A DNA stretch of 63,713 nucleotides, filler included, from Lenisia limosa (lineage: Eukaryota; Protista; Breviatea): NCBI GenBank assembly GCA_001655205.1. It is 16 parts of 16 records of this genome, joined end to end, with 100 filler letters (N's around TTAATTAATTAA, not from the genome) between each part and the next. Parts side by side here need not be neighbours in the genome. Positions count along the whole stretch, not along the records: positions 53,551 to 56,711 come from LPNZ01004655.1; positions 56,812 to 61,229 come from LPNZ01011112.1; positions 61,330 to 63,713 come from LPNZ01005301.1; 13 more parts are not named here. One strand, given 5' to 3'. Below the pieces are notes generated by a model, which saw only the letters and a list, made by a program, of their open reading frames with translations, did no database searches and was not told where the DNA came from. The position numbers and the translations under genes were made by a program. Shown here piece after piece: positions 53,551 through 63,713 of this stretch (positions are counted from its first letter, which is position 1; every line of letters begins with the position of its first letter).

Positions 53551-56500
53551 CTGGATACTCAAAATCCTTCCATCCAAGGATATGGTATTACCTATTGAGT
53601 TCAAACCCACTCGTCTCAAGGTACGCGTGTACCCCCATGATTATATCTTAGTCACCGTCACCCATCCTACTGTCTTACGAAGTTGATTTGTGCTTTTTGT
53701 TTCCAAAACTATCTCCACCTTCACCCCACCCCCAAAAGATGTTGGGCTTTGTTTTTTTTTTTTTTGTNNNNNNNNNNNNNNNNNNNNNNNNNNNNNNNNN
53801 NNNNNNNNNNNNNNNNNNNNNNNNNNNNNNNNNNNNNNNNNNNNNNNNNNNNNNNNNNNNNNNNNNNNNNNNNNNNNNNNNNNNNNNNNNNNNNNNNNNN
53901 NNNNNNNNNNNNNNNNNNNNNNNNNNNNNNNNNNNNNNNNNNNNNNNNNNNNNNNNNNNNNNNNGGGTGAAGGACTAAAGACACCCGTCTCTATTTCGCC
54001 TTCTTCTGCAGACTTTGGGCGACAGGTGAGGGGTATTGATTTAATTTGAGAGTGCCTAGCTTGGTTCCAAATACCAAGCCTCTAGAGCTTGGTTGCTGTT
54101 TTTCATTTACCTTAACCAGTGTATTTGATTTGGAGGGAGATTCGTACAGTTTCCATTAATACTCACCGCATAGGTGGTTTTGACAGCGGACGGTCCTCGC
54201 CAAACCCCATATACAATGTCAGTAGCTCTGACCAACGATGACATCAGCGTGGCCACTTGGGACCTTAACTACGCCAATGCCGTTGATAATGACGGCAATC
54301 CTGTCAATTACTTCACGTGGGGGAGGCTACCCTCTGATACCCCACCTCCAGAAGCGACTGGCCTGGTCTTTTTTTTGTTTTGTTGTTCTCAACCCTCATG
54401 TGTTTCGGCGTTTTTTTGTTTTTGTTTGTTTGTTTGTTTGTTTCATAGAATGTTCCATTTTAACTCACTCCTACCCCTCCAGATCCGGCATATTCCGAGC
54501 CGACCCGTCTAAAGGCAAGCTCGAGCCGGGACAGGTCGCTTCAGTGCGCTGGTCGTTCCATCCGCCGGCGTCAGGCAATTACTCGTGGGGGTGCCGGTGG
54601 TGGTGATGATGGTTATGGTGGTGATGATGGTTATGGTGGTGATGATGGGAGGGGGGACTACGACAATGATGATGATGGGAGGAGTGGGGGGATGTGCAGA
54701 GAGACAATAGAGTCGTTTTTTTTTGTCTCAAAAATATTCGCCTTGTGTGTTGTCAGCCAACAGNNNNNNNNNNNNNNNNNNNNNNNNNNNNNNNNNNNNN
54801 NNNNNNNNNNNNNNNNNNNNNNNNNNNNNNNNNNNNNNNNNNNNCAATGTTCCGCTGTATCTGAACAACCGATTCGACCGGAAGTACCTGACTATCAACG
54901 TCTCTGGTATCGGCGCATATCCCAAGTGAGAGGGGGGTTCTTGCTATTTGTCGTTCACGCAAACTATGGCTTATTCACGGTGATTTTAGAATAAAAACAA
55001 CCCTAGTGGAGTGGAGGTTATGACTAGGGCCTCCCTACGGTCTGAAAAAGATCGGTCAAATATCAGTATTTTTCGAAGATTTGTCGAGAAATTCTGTCTT
55101 TTTTGGGACCGTAGGGAAGCCCTAGTTATGCATTCCCATTATTCCGCGCTCTCTCAACCCCCTAATTCACGTCAGACTCTGCTTTGACCGCGAAATGATC
55201 TTCATGCCCTCCGTGCCTCTCGAAATGGAGTCCAAGGTGGGGGGATATTATCTATTATTGTTTTTGGACTCAGATCATTTATTGAGGAGTTGGTTTAGTT
55301 TAAAGTGTCATATTGTAACGAGAATTCTACTCCAGACACTTTAGTATCTTCAGCATATTTAATTGCACCATGTTTACTTTAATATCTTCAGCATAGAGAT
55401 AACACGTTGGATTTGGTTCATAGCCCCCTATTTCACGGTCGCAGACACGCTTCATGGTGCGTAATGAAGGTTTCGACTCAACTCAGGTCAAGGCCGTTAT
55501 CCCCGAGGAGGTTACCCAGATGAAGGTCGGGGGCTGGGGGTACTTTTTTGTTGGGCTTCACTTCGGTTCGAAAAATACTAGATAATTTTCGAAGCTTTAT
55601 CGAGAAATTTAGTCTTTTTTCGAACCGAAGTGAAGCCCTAGATATTAGGAGTGGGTATTGTAGTCAGCAGCCGTATCTCCAGAGATTACAGATTAATGTG
55701 AATATCATATCATCTTGCGTCGTTTTGATTTTCCTGTACGCCCCTCTCACCCTCTTTAGGCCACATTCCCGGAGGGTAATGACTTGTCAGCCACCCGTAA
55801 ATCCCTGCCTGTCGAGGTGACCGTTGTAATGAAAAAGAGACAGTAGGGGGGGGGGGGGGNNNNNNNNNNNNNNNNNNNNNNNNNNNNNNNNNNNNNNNNN
55901 NNNNNNNNNNNNNNNNNNNNNNNNNNNNNNNNNNNNNNNNNNNNNNNNNNNNNNTCCTTAAAAACTATCGATATTTTCCGAGTTTTTTGGAAAGGGAGAT
56001 TTTCATTTTAATGACTAACAACTTTTGGGATGCGTTTCACATTTTAGAACCATGCAATTCACGCTTTCCATTCAAACTGGTGAAGACTCGTGGGAGGGGG
56101 GTACATTAGTTGTATTGGCTACAATTCATAATAACATCAGTTGTCACACTATCTTGTGTTGCATTTGCTGTATTAGCTACTCTATCTTGTGTTACATTTA
56201 TCTTGTGTTGTGTTTTGCTGCATTAGTTACCATCCTCCAGATACAACATTGAGGTGTTAGCCACTGCTGATCCCTCACTACTCTCACTGTACCCCTTCAT
56301 CTCCTTTAACTACTGCGAAATGGAGGAAAGAGCAAAGGGTGCTCCACAGCTGGTTCTTGACTCTGTGGGGGGCAACGGTTGTTCTTTTCATTAGTAACAT
56401 CAACATTACACTAGTGACATCATCAGCGTTACACTAGTAACATTAACATTACACTAGTATCATCAGCATTATTATCAGCATTACATTAGTAACATTAACA

Positions 56501-56620
56501 TTACACTGCTAATATCACAATCATATTAGTAACATTAGCAGGGCCTGGTTCGGCCTCAATCAGCAGTCGACAACTTCCGAAACCAGGCGGCCATACACTC
56601 CAAGAGAGTGACCAAGGGTA
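53551..56620 (+). CDS. CFAP47: Cilia- and flagella-associated protein 47-like (tandem Ig-like ASH domains), internal fragment
   Basis: IFRADPSKGKLEPGQVASVRWSFHP; VPLYLNNRFDRKYLTINVSGIGAYPK|LCFDREMIFMPSVPLEMESK|TRFMVRNEGFD...|ATFPEGNDLSATRKSLPVEV; YNIEVLATADPSLLSLYPFI. Matches the remembered CFAP47 motifs (PrLtFDrrE..lP.VPL, FPeG...l, D.S.l..ypF). Confidence 0.7.
55025..55124. mobile_element. MITE family B, CCCTAC subfamily, full 100-bp copy
   Basis: TAGGGCCTCCCTACGGTCTGAAAAGA...TCTTTTTTGGGACCGTAGGGAAGCCCTA. Confidence 0.85.
55552..55640. mobile_element. MITE family B, full copy
   Basis: GGGCTTCACTTCGGTTCGAAAA...TTTTCGAACCGAAGTGAAGCCCTA. Confidence 0.85.
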
Positions 56621-57289
56621 GGGGGAGGGGATGGGGTGTTTATATGATCACTCCAATATCCTTCATTGAAGTTTCCTTCGTTCCCCGCCCCCATGCGGTG
56701 CTGCAGAAGCGNNNNNNNNNNNNNNNNNNNNNNNNNNNNNNNNNNNNNNNNNNNNTTAATTAATTAANNNNNNNNNNNNNNNNNNNNNNNNNNNNNNNNN
56801 NNNNNNNNNNNGGGGGTGGAGGTGGGAGAAAAATAAGGGTGCTGCGAGGGAGGGGGAGAAAAATAAAAGATTGGTGACTCCCAGTAGAGGGTCTGATAGT
56901 TTTTCCGATTTGCATGGAAAAGAGAAGAAAGGAACCCCCCTCACCAAGAAAGGAAATACGAGCAATGAAACAAAGTGAAAGTTGATACTCACAGGGGGTA
57001 AAACAAAGAAAAAGAGAAAAAAAAAAAAAAAAAAAAANNNNNNNNNNNNNNNNNNNNNNNNNNNNNNNNNNNNNNNNNNNNNNNNNNNNNNNNNNNNNNN
57101 NNNNNNNNNNNNNNNNNNNNNNNNNNNNNNNNNNNNNNNNNNNNNNNNNNNNNNNNNNNNNNNNNNNNNNNNNNNNNNNNNNNNNNNNNNNNNNNNNNNN
57201 NNNNNNNNNNNNNNNNNNNNNNNNNNNNNNNNNNNNNNNNNNNNNNNNNNNNNNNNNNNNNNNNNNNNNNNNNNNNNNNNNNNNNNGTG

Positions 57290-58500
57290 GAATAATCCCG
57301 ACACCAGTGTTTCCCACTCTTGACTCCCCTCCCCAGCCCTTTGCTTTCCTGCTTTCCAGACAGAAAACGCCTTACACACCCAAGGTAACAAAATCATTTC
57401 AGGTAACAAACTCATAATCTCTATCGGACCAATCAAACAATCGACCCGCTTTCGATAATATCAAACATGCCTCCAAACAGTTAAAAAAAAAAAAAAAAAA
57501 NNNNNNNNNNNNNNNNNNNNNNNNNNNNNNNNNNNNNNNNNNNNNNNNNNNNNNNNNNNNNNNNNNNNNNNNNNCCTCGGCCTTATTGATGATTGCCCGA
57601 CAGCAGTTGAATTTTACGACAGAAGAGATTATGCCAACCTGGATGGATTTGATGTAGGCCACGGCCTCAACAAGAACTTCGGCCTTGGCTGTCTCCATGG
57701 TGCAGCTAGGAACCAGCTCGCGCAGTTCGTCAAGCATTCCTAAAGGGTTAACTCTCACGAGAAAGGCAGGAATGTGGAGAGGTATCCACCATAATATCAA
57801 AATGGTATTACATTTTTTCCCATTCCTTCCTTTTAGTAATGATTAATATTTTTTAATAGAGAATTGCTTAAAGATGGACAGGAGGTGCAAAAAGGTGGCT
57901 TTAAAAGTAGGTAAATTTGACCTTCCTCCAGTCATCACACCATTGATAATCGTCCGTCTCCGGAGCTCGCAGTTGTTGTGTTTGACACGAGCTGATGGAT
58001 CAGACCTCACTTTAGCTTTTGTAGCAGGAGAGCTGAGTCGAATTGGGTTCTGAACCTTGACTTTAGGGACCAAACTAGGTGATTGGCTAATGCTTGGTGA
58101 TAGTGCTGTCAAAGGGAGAGTTCCGGATGGGGATAACGAAGGGGACGTTGACGGAAGCTGGGTTGGGAGCAAAGGAGGCAACATAGGAGATGGAAATGAA
58201 GCGTTCGGGCTCATAAAAGGCATAATCGGAAGGCTTGGGGGAGATGGGAAGAGTCCTACGGGGTGAGATGAGAAATGCGACTATGATGACACTTATTTCC
58301 ATGATCTAATCTATTTGATATAAAAAAAGCATATAACCATACCATTTGAAGTCAACATCAGTGAAGGGTTTAGCTGGTCAAAGGCCGGAGGAATACTGAT
58401 TGGCAAAGGAGGGAGAGGAACATGGTGCTGATGTAGAGGAGGAAAACCAGGGTCCATTGAAGAGAGTGGAATGGCCATATAATAATTGGTGAACCGTTAT
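57290..58500 (-). CDS. bHLH transcription factor with Pro/Ser-rich N-terminal region, partial
   Basis: RVKHNNCELRRRTIING|MLDELRELVPSCTMETAKAEVLVEAVAYIKSIQ is a basic-helix-loop-helix split by an in-phase intron (G|GA). Confidence 0.8.
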
Positions 58501-59929
58501 CGAGACAGTAAACCAGTGCCAACCACAATCACCCTTAACTAGCCTTTTTGTTTCTTATACAGAACTAACACAGTTGTTTTTCAGTCCATTTGTTGAGTTT
58601 TTTTTGGCCCAAAGGTACGACCATATAAACCCCCCGGGACCACTCTTTTCCCCCACAATTTTTTTTTTGGAATTCAGGAAAGTGGTTCAGCAAAAGTTAG
58701 CTTATTGAAGTAGTAATAGATTGAAAGCAAAAAGGATGTCGTCTTTTCCTCTTCTTGGAAGCAAGGACATTAGTGAACTGGGTCCACATGTCAAAGCACT
58801 GGTTGCAAATACGCTAGGGTTTGTAATAATGTGAAATATTGATCTCACTTCTTTAGCTTTGAGGAAAACTCTCTAGTACACGTTGCGCTTTCTCTACTCA
58901 AGAAGAAGAGCTCTCTCTCCGCTGCTAAGGTATGACTTATTGTAAAATCGCTTTTTCTCTCGTAAATGGACCACTGGTTGACTTACCAGGCGACACTCGG
59001 CACGATCCTCGAAGACAGTTCGCAGTGTCAGATCTTCCTTGATAAGCTTGTCAACCTTGCAAAGGAACGCAAGGACCAAAAGACGTAAGAATGGTGTTGT
59101 TGTGTTACGCTTTTAGACGGAAGCGCGCCTTTGTTCCTGGAGACAAGGAGGCTCCACCCCAAGCCAAAACGTAAGATTGACGTCTTTGTGTTTTTGTGTT
59201 TGTTAGCAGTATCCTTAAAAAATGTGAAAGAGTGAAAAGTCTAAGCCAGATGCCTTCCCATCATTCATTTCCAAAGGAATCTTATATCTTTCTTTATTGC
59301 TCCAGCCCCAAGTCTGTGAAAACTGCGCCCTTAACCACGCGTACCAAGGTTGGTATTGGCTCTTCTATTTTAGTATCGCCTTCTCTTTTTCATTTTGTGA
59401 TTATCATATAGTATCTTTGACACTCATATTGCTACATAGCATCTAGGACACTCCTAATCGTGAAATGATAATATTGGGATGTTGTTATAATAGCTCTTTT
59501 TTTGTTTCTAACTCATCTACTTTTTAACCATATCATCCCTTATGGCCTCATTCGGTCAAAAATGAGATCAAAAATATCGTTTTTTTTGTGATAAGTCGCA
59601 AGGACGCGAACCTTTTTATTTAACCTTTTACCTTTTTCACTTTCCAGACTGTGGCCCCCCAACGGTGAGCAGGCTCACCAACTTGGTTTTTTTTGGAGGG
59701 GGGTAATGGTGTGTGTGTGTGTATCAAGAACCTTACAGAATAATCAAATTTCATAGAAAACGTGAGTTTCAAGTTTTTCAAAAAAAAAGACTTCAACCAG
59801 GCTTGTACTCATCACAGAAAACTGTGTGATAGAGGCTCTTCTGCAAATGATTGGTGTAAAAAATATGACAATCAAGATCAAACATTTGACTCTACCTTTT
59901 CTTCTCATTCCTTCTATCATATCATATGA

Positions 59930-60916
59930 CTTTTTAGCACCACCACCACCTCCACTCCCACCAGCATCAAATCCCTCGGAGTCGAGCGGCCGAATATCAA
60001 ACAGCCCCGTCTTGCTACTTTGGCCTTTGTTGACGTGGGGGGGGGGGTGGAGTGGATTAATCCCGAGACAATGTCTCTTGGTGCTTGATAAATATGGATA
60101 AATCCCAAAATATCGATAAATTATCACTATTTGATCGAAGTGAGGCTAAGTTATGTATAATTAGGGCTTCACTTTAGTTCGAAAAAAGAGTGAATTTCTC
60201 GATAAATCCCCGAAAATTATCGATATTTTACTGTTCTTTTTCGAACCGAAGTGAAGCCCCATGTATAATATCTTACTACTTGCAGAAAAAGGAGGACAAG
60301 AAGGAAGAGCGAAGACCAGAGCGTCTGGATGATGACAGAAGGCGAGATGAGCGGGTGCGGGACAGTGGCCGAGATGACCGCAGAAGAGACGAGAGAAGAA
60401 GAGAAGATAAGGATGACAGACGCAGTGACAGACGAAGGGATGATGACCGTGATCGTCGTCGTGAAGATCGAGACAGAAGAGACAGAAGAGATGACAGAAG
60501 AGATGACCGAAGAGATGAGAGAAGAGATGAGAGAAGAGATGAGAGGCGGCGTGAAGACCGAGGAGTCCGCCGCGACCGCAGGAAGGAAACGCGGCAGTTT
60601 GATGAGTTTGGTCGTCCGGAGGGCCGCAGCCTCGACCTTTCTTTGCCTGAAAACATCAAGTCCGTCCAAGCCAATGTGCAGGAGAAGGTATGCATGGAAA
60701 TGAGATTGTATTTGTGCAAGATACATATCCCTATCATCAACAACAAATATTCACTCTTTGTTTTTTTTTGTTCTTTATATATGATATAAAGGAAAAGTTG
60801 TCAGAGATATTCTGACGCCACAGCTCGACGCCGCGCGCAAGGCTGTCAAAGACGCCCTCATGGCCAAGAACCCCTACATGCCTGCCGTTGATGAGGACAC
60901 CCCCCCTGTCAAGGAT
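59930..60916 (+). CDS. Arg/Asp (RD/RE)-rich protein, probably an RNA-processing factor, fragment
   Basis: Exon KKEDKKEERRPERLDDDRRRDER...RRDDRRDERR...ENIKSVQANVQEK | LDAARKAVKDALMAKNPYMPAVDEDTPPVKD (acceptor TTCTGACGCCACAG). Function inferred from composition only. Confidence 0.65.
60162..60260. mobile_element. MITE family B, full copy
   Basis: TAGGGCTTCACTTTAGTTCGAAAAAAGAG...CTTTTTCGAACCGAAGTGAAGCCC. Confidence 0.85.
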
Positions 60917-61329
60917 GGTTGGCTTCTTTACTGTCCCGCAACCCTGCTTTCGGGCCATATTTTTTCTCTGCTTCTTATTTTCTTCTCTTCTTCTTGTTTC
61001 TCTGCTTCTTTTCTTCTTTTCTTCTTGTTTCTCTCCTTCTTCTTTTCTTCTTCTTGTTCCTCTCCTTCTTCTTTTCTTCTCTTTTTCTTGTTTCTCTCCT
61101 TCTTCTTTTCTTCTCTTCTTCTTGTTGTTTCTCTCCTTTTTTATAAAGGTTGTAGCTATTTGATAGCCCGTGTTATTTTTGGAGTTTTGTTGCACAATTT
61201 GATTAGAGTTGATTTTGCTTTTTTTTTTTNNNNNNNNNNNNNNNNNNNNNNNNNNNNNNNNNNNNNNNNNNNNTTAATTAATTAANNNNNNNNNNNNNNN
61301 NNNNNNNNNNNNNNNNNNNNNNNNNNNNN

Positions 61330-63060
61330 AATTTAGTGAAATGCACAGTCACGCCTTGGTTCCTTAGGAAGTCCCTCAGCTTCGAGCCAGTGAGTCCGTA
61401 GGGAAGTACCATGTCGCTTGTGCCATGGCTTTGGAGCACCATCATATGCTGCAAGAGTGAAAGGAAAATATTGCTACACTATAATCCAATATCTCTTATA
61501 TAGAAGAGTGATGGTCAAGACTGCTTTGGCCAGACACAACCTTGTTTTATTTTTCATCACTTTACATAATACACTGCTAGAACTGATTTTATTAAAGAGA
61601 TGGGAAAATAAACTGGGATGTATCTCAAAACTATCACTGGAAAGCATACAGACAGCTGTGAGCACAGGTTTGTAAGCAAACGATTAGGTAGAATTATAGG
61701 GACTCACTGGCTCGAAGCTAAGGTACATGGAAGTACCATGTCATCAATGTAGTTTTATGGACAGTAGGCAAACCCTGCCAATAATAATTCTTTGATGGGT
61801 GACCAGCCCCCTTCCTACTTTCCTCTTGGGGATTTTCTTGGCTAATTCAGTGCCTCCAGTAAGCGCGCCTATTTTGAAAAAAAAAAAAATGAGTTCAGAG
61901 AGAGTTACACATAAAAACCTGATCTTCAGCTCCCAACCCCAACATTGCACGTTCATGAAGAACATTGAAACCCCACCATACCTGAGAGAACGATTACACC
62001 CGCCGGGCATTCTTCATGGTGATAAGCGATGTCCAAAGCAACGAAAGAGCCCTAAATGATCATATGATAATAATAATAAAAAAAGTGAGAATGATCTAAA
62101 CACAAATAAAGCCAAAATGAGCATATTGAGGCAAAAAAGCCTCCATTCACCATTTCAACTCGAAAGTCAGAGATTTGATCATATCACTGGTGGATTTGGC
62201 TCAACATGTGTCAATCTACCTTCCACCCCTTCCAACCTGTGAAAAACCTCCGACGATCGTTTTTGACATGGGAACCCCAGATTCCTTTACTAGGTCCTTA
62301 AACCAAGTCTTCAACACTCTGAAATGGTCAATATAAAAATGATGCTTCAATGATAAAAAATCAAATGTAAGTAGGGTTAGGGATTCACTTCGGTTCCAAA
62401 AAAACCTGGAAAAATATCGATAGATTTCGAAAATTTATCAAGAAACTCAGTCTTTTTTCGAACCGAAGTGAAGCCCTGGGTACTTTGGAGAATGATACTA
62501 TGATGGGCAATAAGTGGCTTTGGTAAATCTTGACCTGTTGAACTATTTTCAACATCTGAGGTCAACATAAAATAATGATGGAAAATAAACTGTATCATGG
62601 TGACTTCGGTTATTGATGCTTACGATAAAAGATATAGAGAAGAATCAAATATCATGATTAGCATATCCTATGCTTTGTTAAAAACAATAATATTATTATG
62701 GCTTCACTTCGGTACGGGAAATATCGAAAGTTTTCAAGGACATTTCGAGAAATTCAGTCATTTTCGAACCTCTGAAGACCTGTGATTTATCTGACCGAAG
62801 CCGTCCACACCATAACGCTCAAAAGATATGAGACTCAAGAAAAGCACTCATTCACCCACTAGTCTTTTCTAGGTAGTATATATGATTCATATTACAAATA
62901 TACTATCATAATGTGCAACTTTCCACATACGCTCGAATCTTGGTCATCCCATCCAAGGTGTCGCCATGCAGTCTTTGAGGGGATGTCAAGAGGTTGATGC
63001 CGATTTGGGCGATGTTGAGTTCAAACCTGGTGGTTAATGGGGGAACTAATAATGAAAATG
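61330..63060 (-). CDS. Phospholipase/carboxylesterase (acyl-protein thioesterase-like alpha/beta hydrolase), partial
   Basis: VLKTWFKDLVKESGVPMSKTIVGGFSQ|GSFVALDIAYHHEECPAGVIVLSG|GALTGG...|HMMVLQSHGTSDMVLPYG...FLRNQGVTVHFTK. The GFSQG nucleophile elbow and the HGxxDxxxP motif are both present. Confidence 0.85.
62378..62477. mobile_element. MITE family B, full copy
   Basis: TAGGGATTCACTTCGGTTCCAAA...TTTTCGAACCGAAGTGAAGCCCT. Confidence 0.85.
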
Positions 63061-63713
63061 AAGGACGGTTAATGGATTCACCAACAGCAGGGATCAATAC
63101 CCTCCTACTCCCAACAAATACAGTAACTGGGATAAGTCTTGACCGATTTACTATGTTATTTCCCAAGGAAAACAGTTCAACACTTATAGCGGTCGTATAA
63201 ATATTGAAATAAAATGGAAATAGCTAGAATATGGCAATATCTAGAATATGATATGTATGCATTGTTTTTGGGCTTAATCCTACCCCCCACCACGCCCGTC
63301 CATTTGACGAACCGCCGACACCTGACATTGGAGCGTTGGGGAAAACATACCACATCTGCAAAGTTAATAAGAAACAATTTTGATGATATGCATACAGTGC
63401 ATGTATAATAAAGCAATGATGATTTGGGCCGAAAAGAATATTAATTAAACATATTTGCTACTAATGTTTGTCAAAGTATATAGTGGGATAAGACTTGACC
63501 GATTTGCTATTAGGAAAATCAATAAAGACCTCTCCCAGTCACTGTTTATAGCAATGATAAACACTGTCAAAGTATAGTTTCTCAAGCCAAAAATGCCAGA
63601 ATTATCAGAATATCAACCGCCTACGCAGGGCATATCGGGGGAGTCTATCATGGGTTGAAGAGAGGCCATATCATCGTTGTTGGACCTGAGGGGTGGTGAA
63701 GGAATTCATATAC

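Noticed and set aside
54595-54690. Gly/Asp/Met-rich coding repeat
   Set aside because: It lies just after a donor in a CFAP47 intron and is a simple GGT/GAT microsatellite. The similar CATTA-type array at 56390-56535 is also intronic.
55025-55124. Assigning MITE B to Academ (TAG...CTA termini) or PIF/Harbinger (TWA TSD)
   Set aside because: No 3-4-bp duplication lies outside TAG...CTA in the copies checked, and the trinucleotides flanking GGG...CCC differ left and right. Only TA is constant.
60217-61195. Ser/Leu-rich or Lys/Glu-rich antisense ORFs and the Phe/Ser/Leu-rich ORFs at 60860-61285
   Set aside because: They are antisense shadows of the RD-rich exon and translations of an intronic (TTC/TTCTC)n microsatellite.

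Overview
This window is eukaryotic nuclear DNA and is not one locus. It is about 16 short draft scaffolds joined by artificial 100-bp spacers (44 N + TTAATTAATTAA + 44 N), so adjacency across a spacer means nothing. The organism is intron-rich (GT-AG introns, often with CTRAY-like branch points), appears to use the standard code (TAA and TAG end genes) and is probably flagellated (CFAP47-like gene). I cannot name it from sequence alone. Splicing exons by hand gives: an FKBP-TPR immunophilin; glycogen branching enzyme head-to-head with a BRSK/SAD-type kinase; an acetyl-CoA transporter (SLC33A1); glyoxalase II head-to-head (150 bp) with class III alcohol/GSH-formaldehyde dehydrogenase; a prominin/tweety-like membrane protein; a CFAP47-like protein; a bHLH factor; an acyl-protein-thioesterase-like hydrolase; an At4g00755-like (F-box family) fragment; an RD-rich protein; and several coiled-coil or unknown fragments. 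The most unusual signal is intron architecture. Two related dispersed repeat cassettes repeatedly form the 3' ends of unrelated introns, ending in a C-run plus the acceptor AG. Donors are often followed by G-runs. Splice junctions are repeatedly tandem-duplicated, with decoy copies that are mutated or unproductive. Introns also carry about 30 copies or fragments of a ~100-bp TA-flanked MITE plus other small TIR elements. No rRNA, tRNA, CRISPR array or transposase ORF was recognised. Exon coordinates and translations are manual and approximate.
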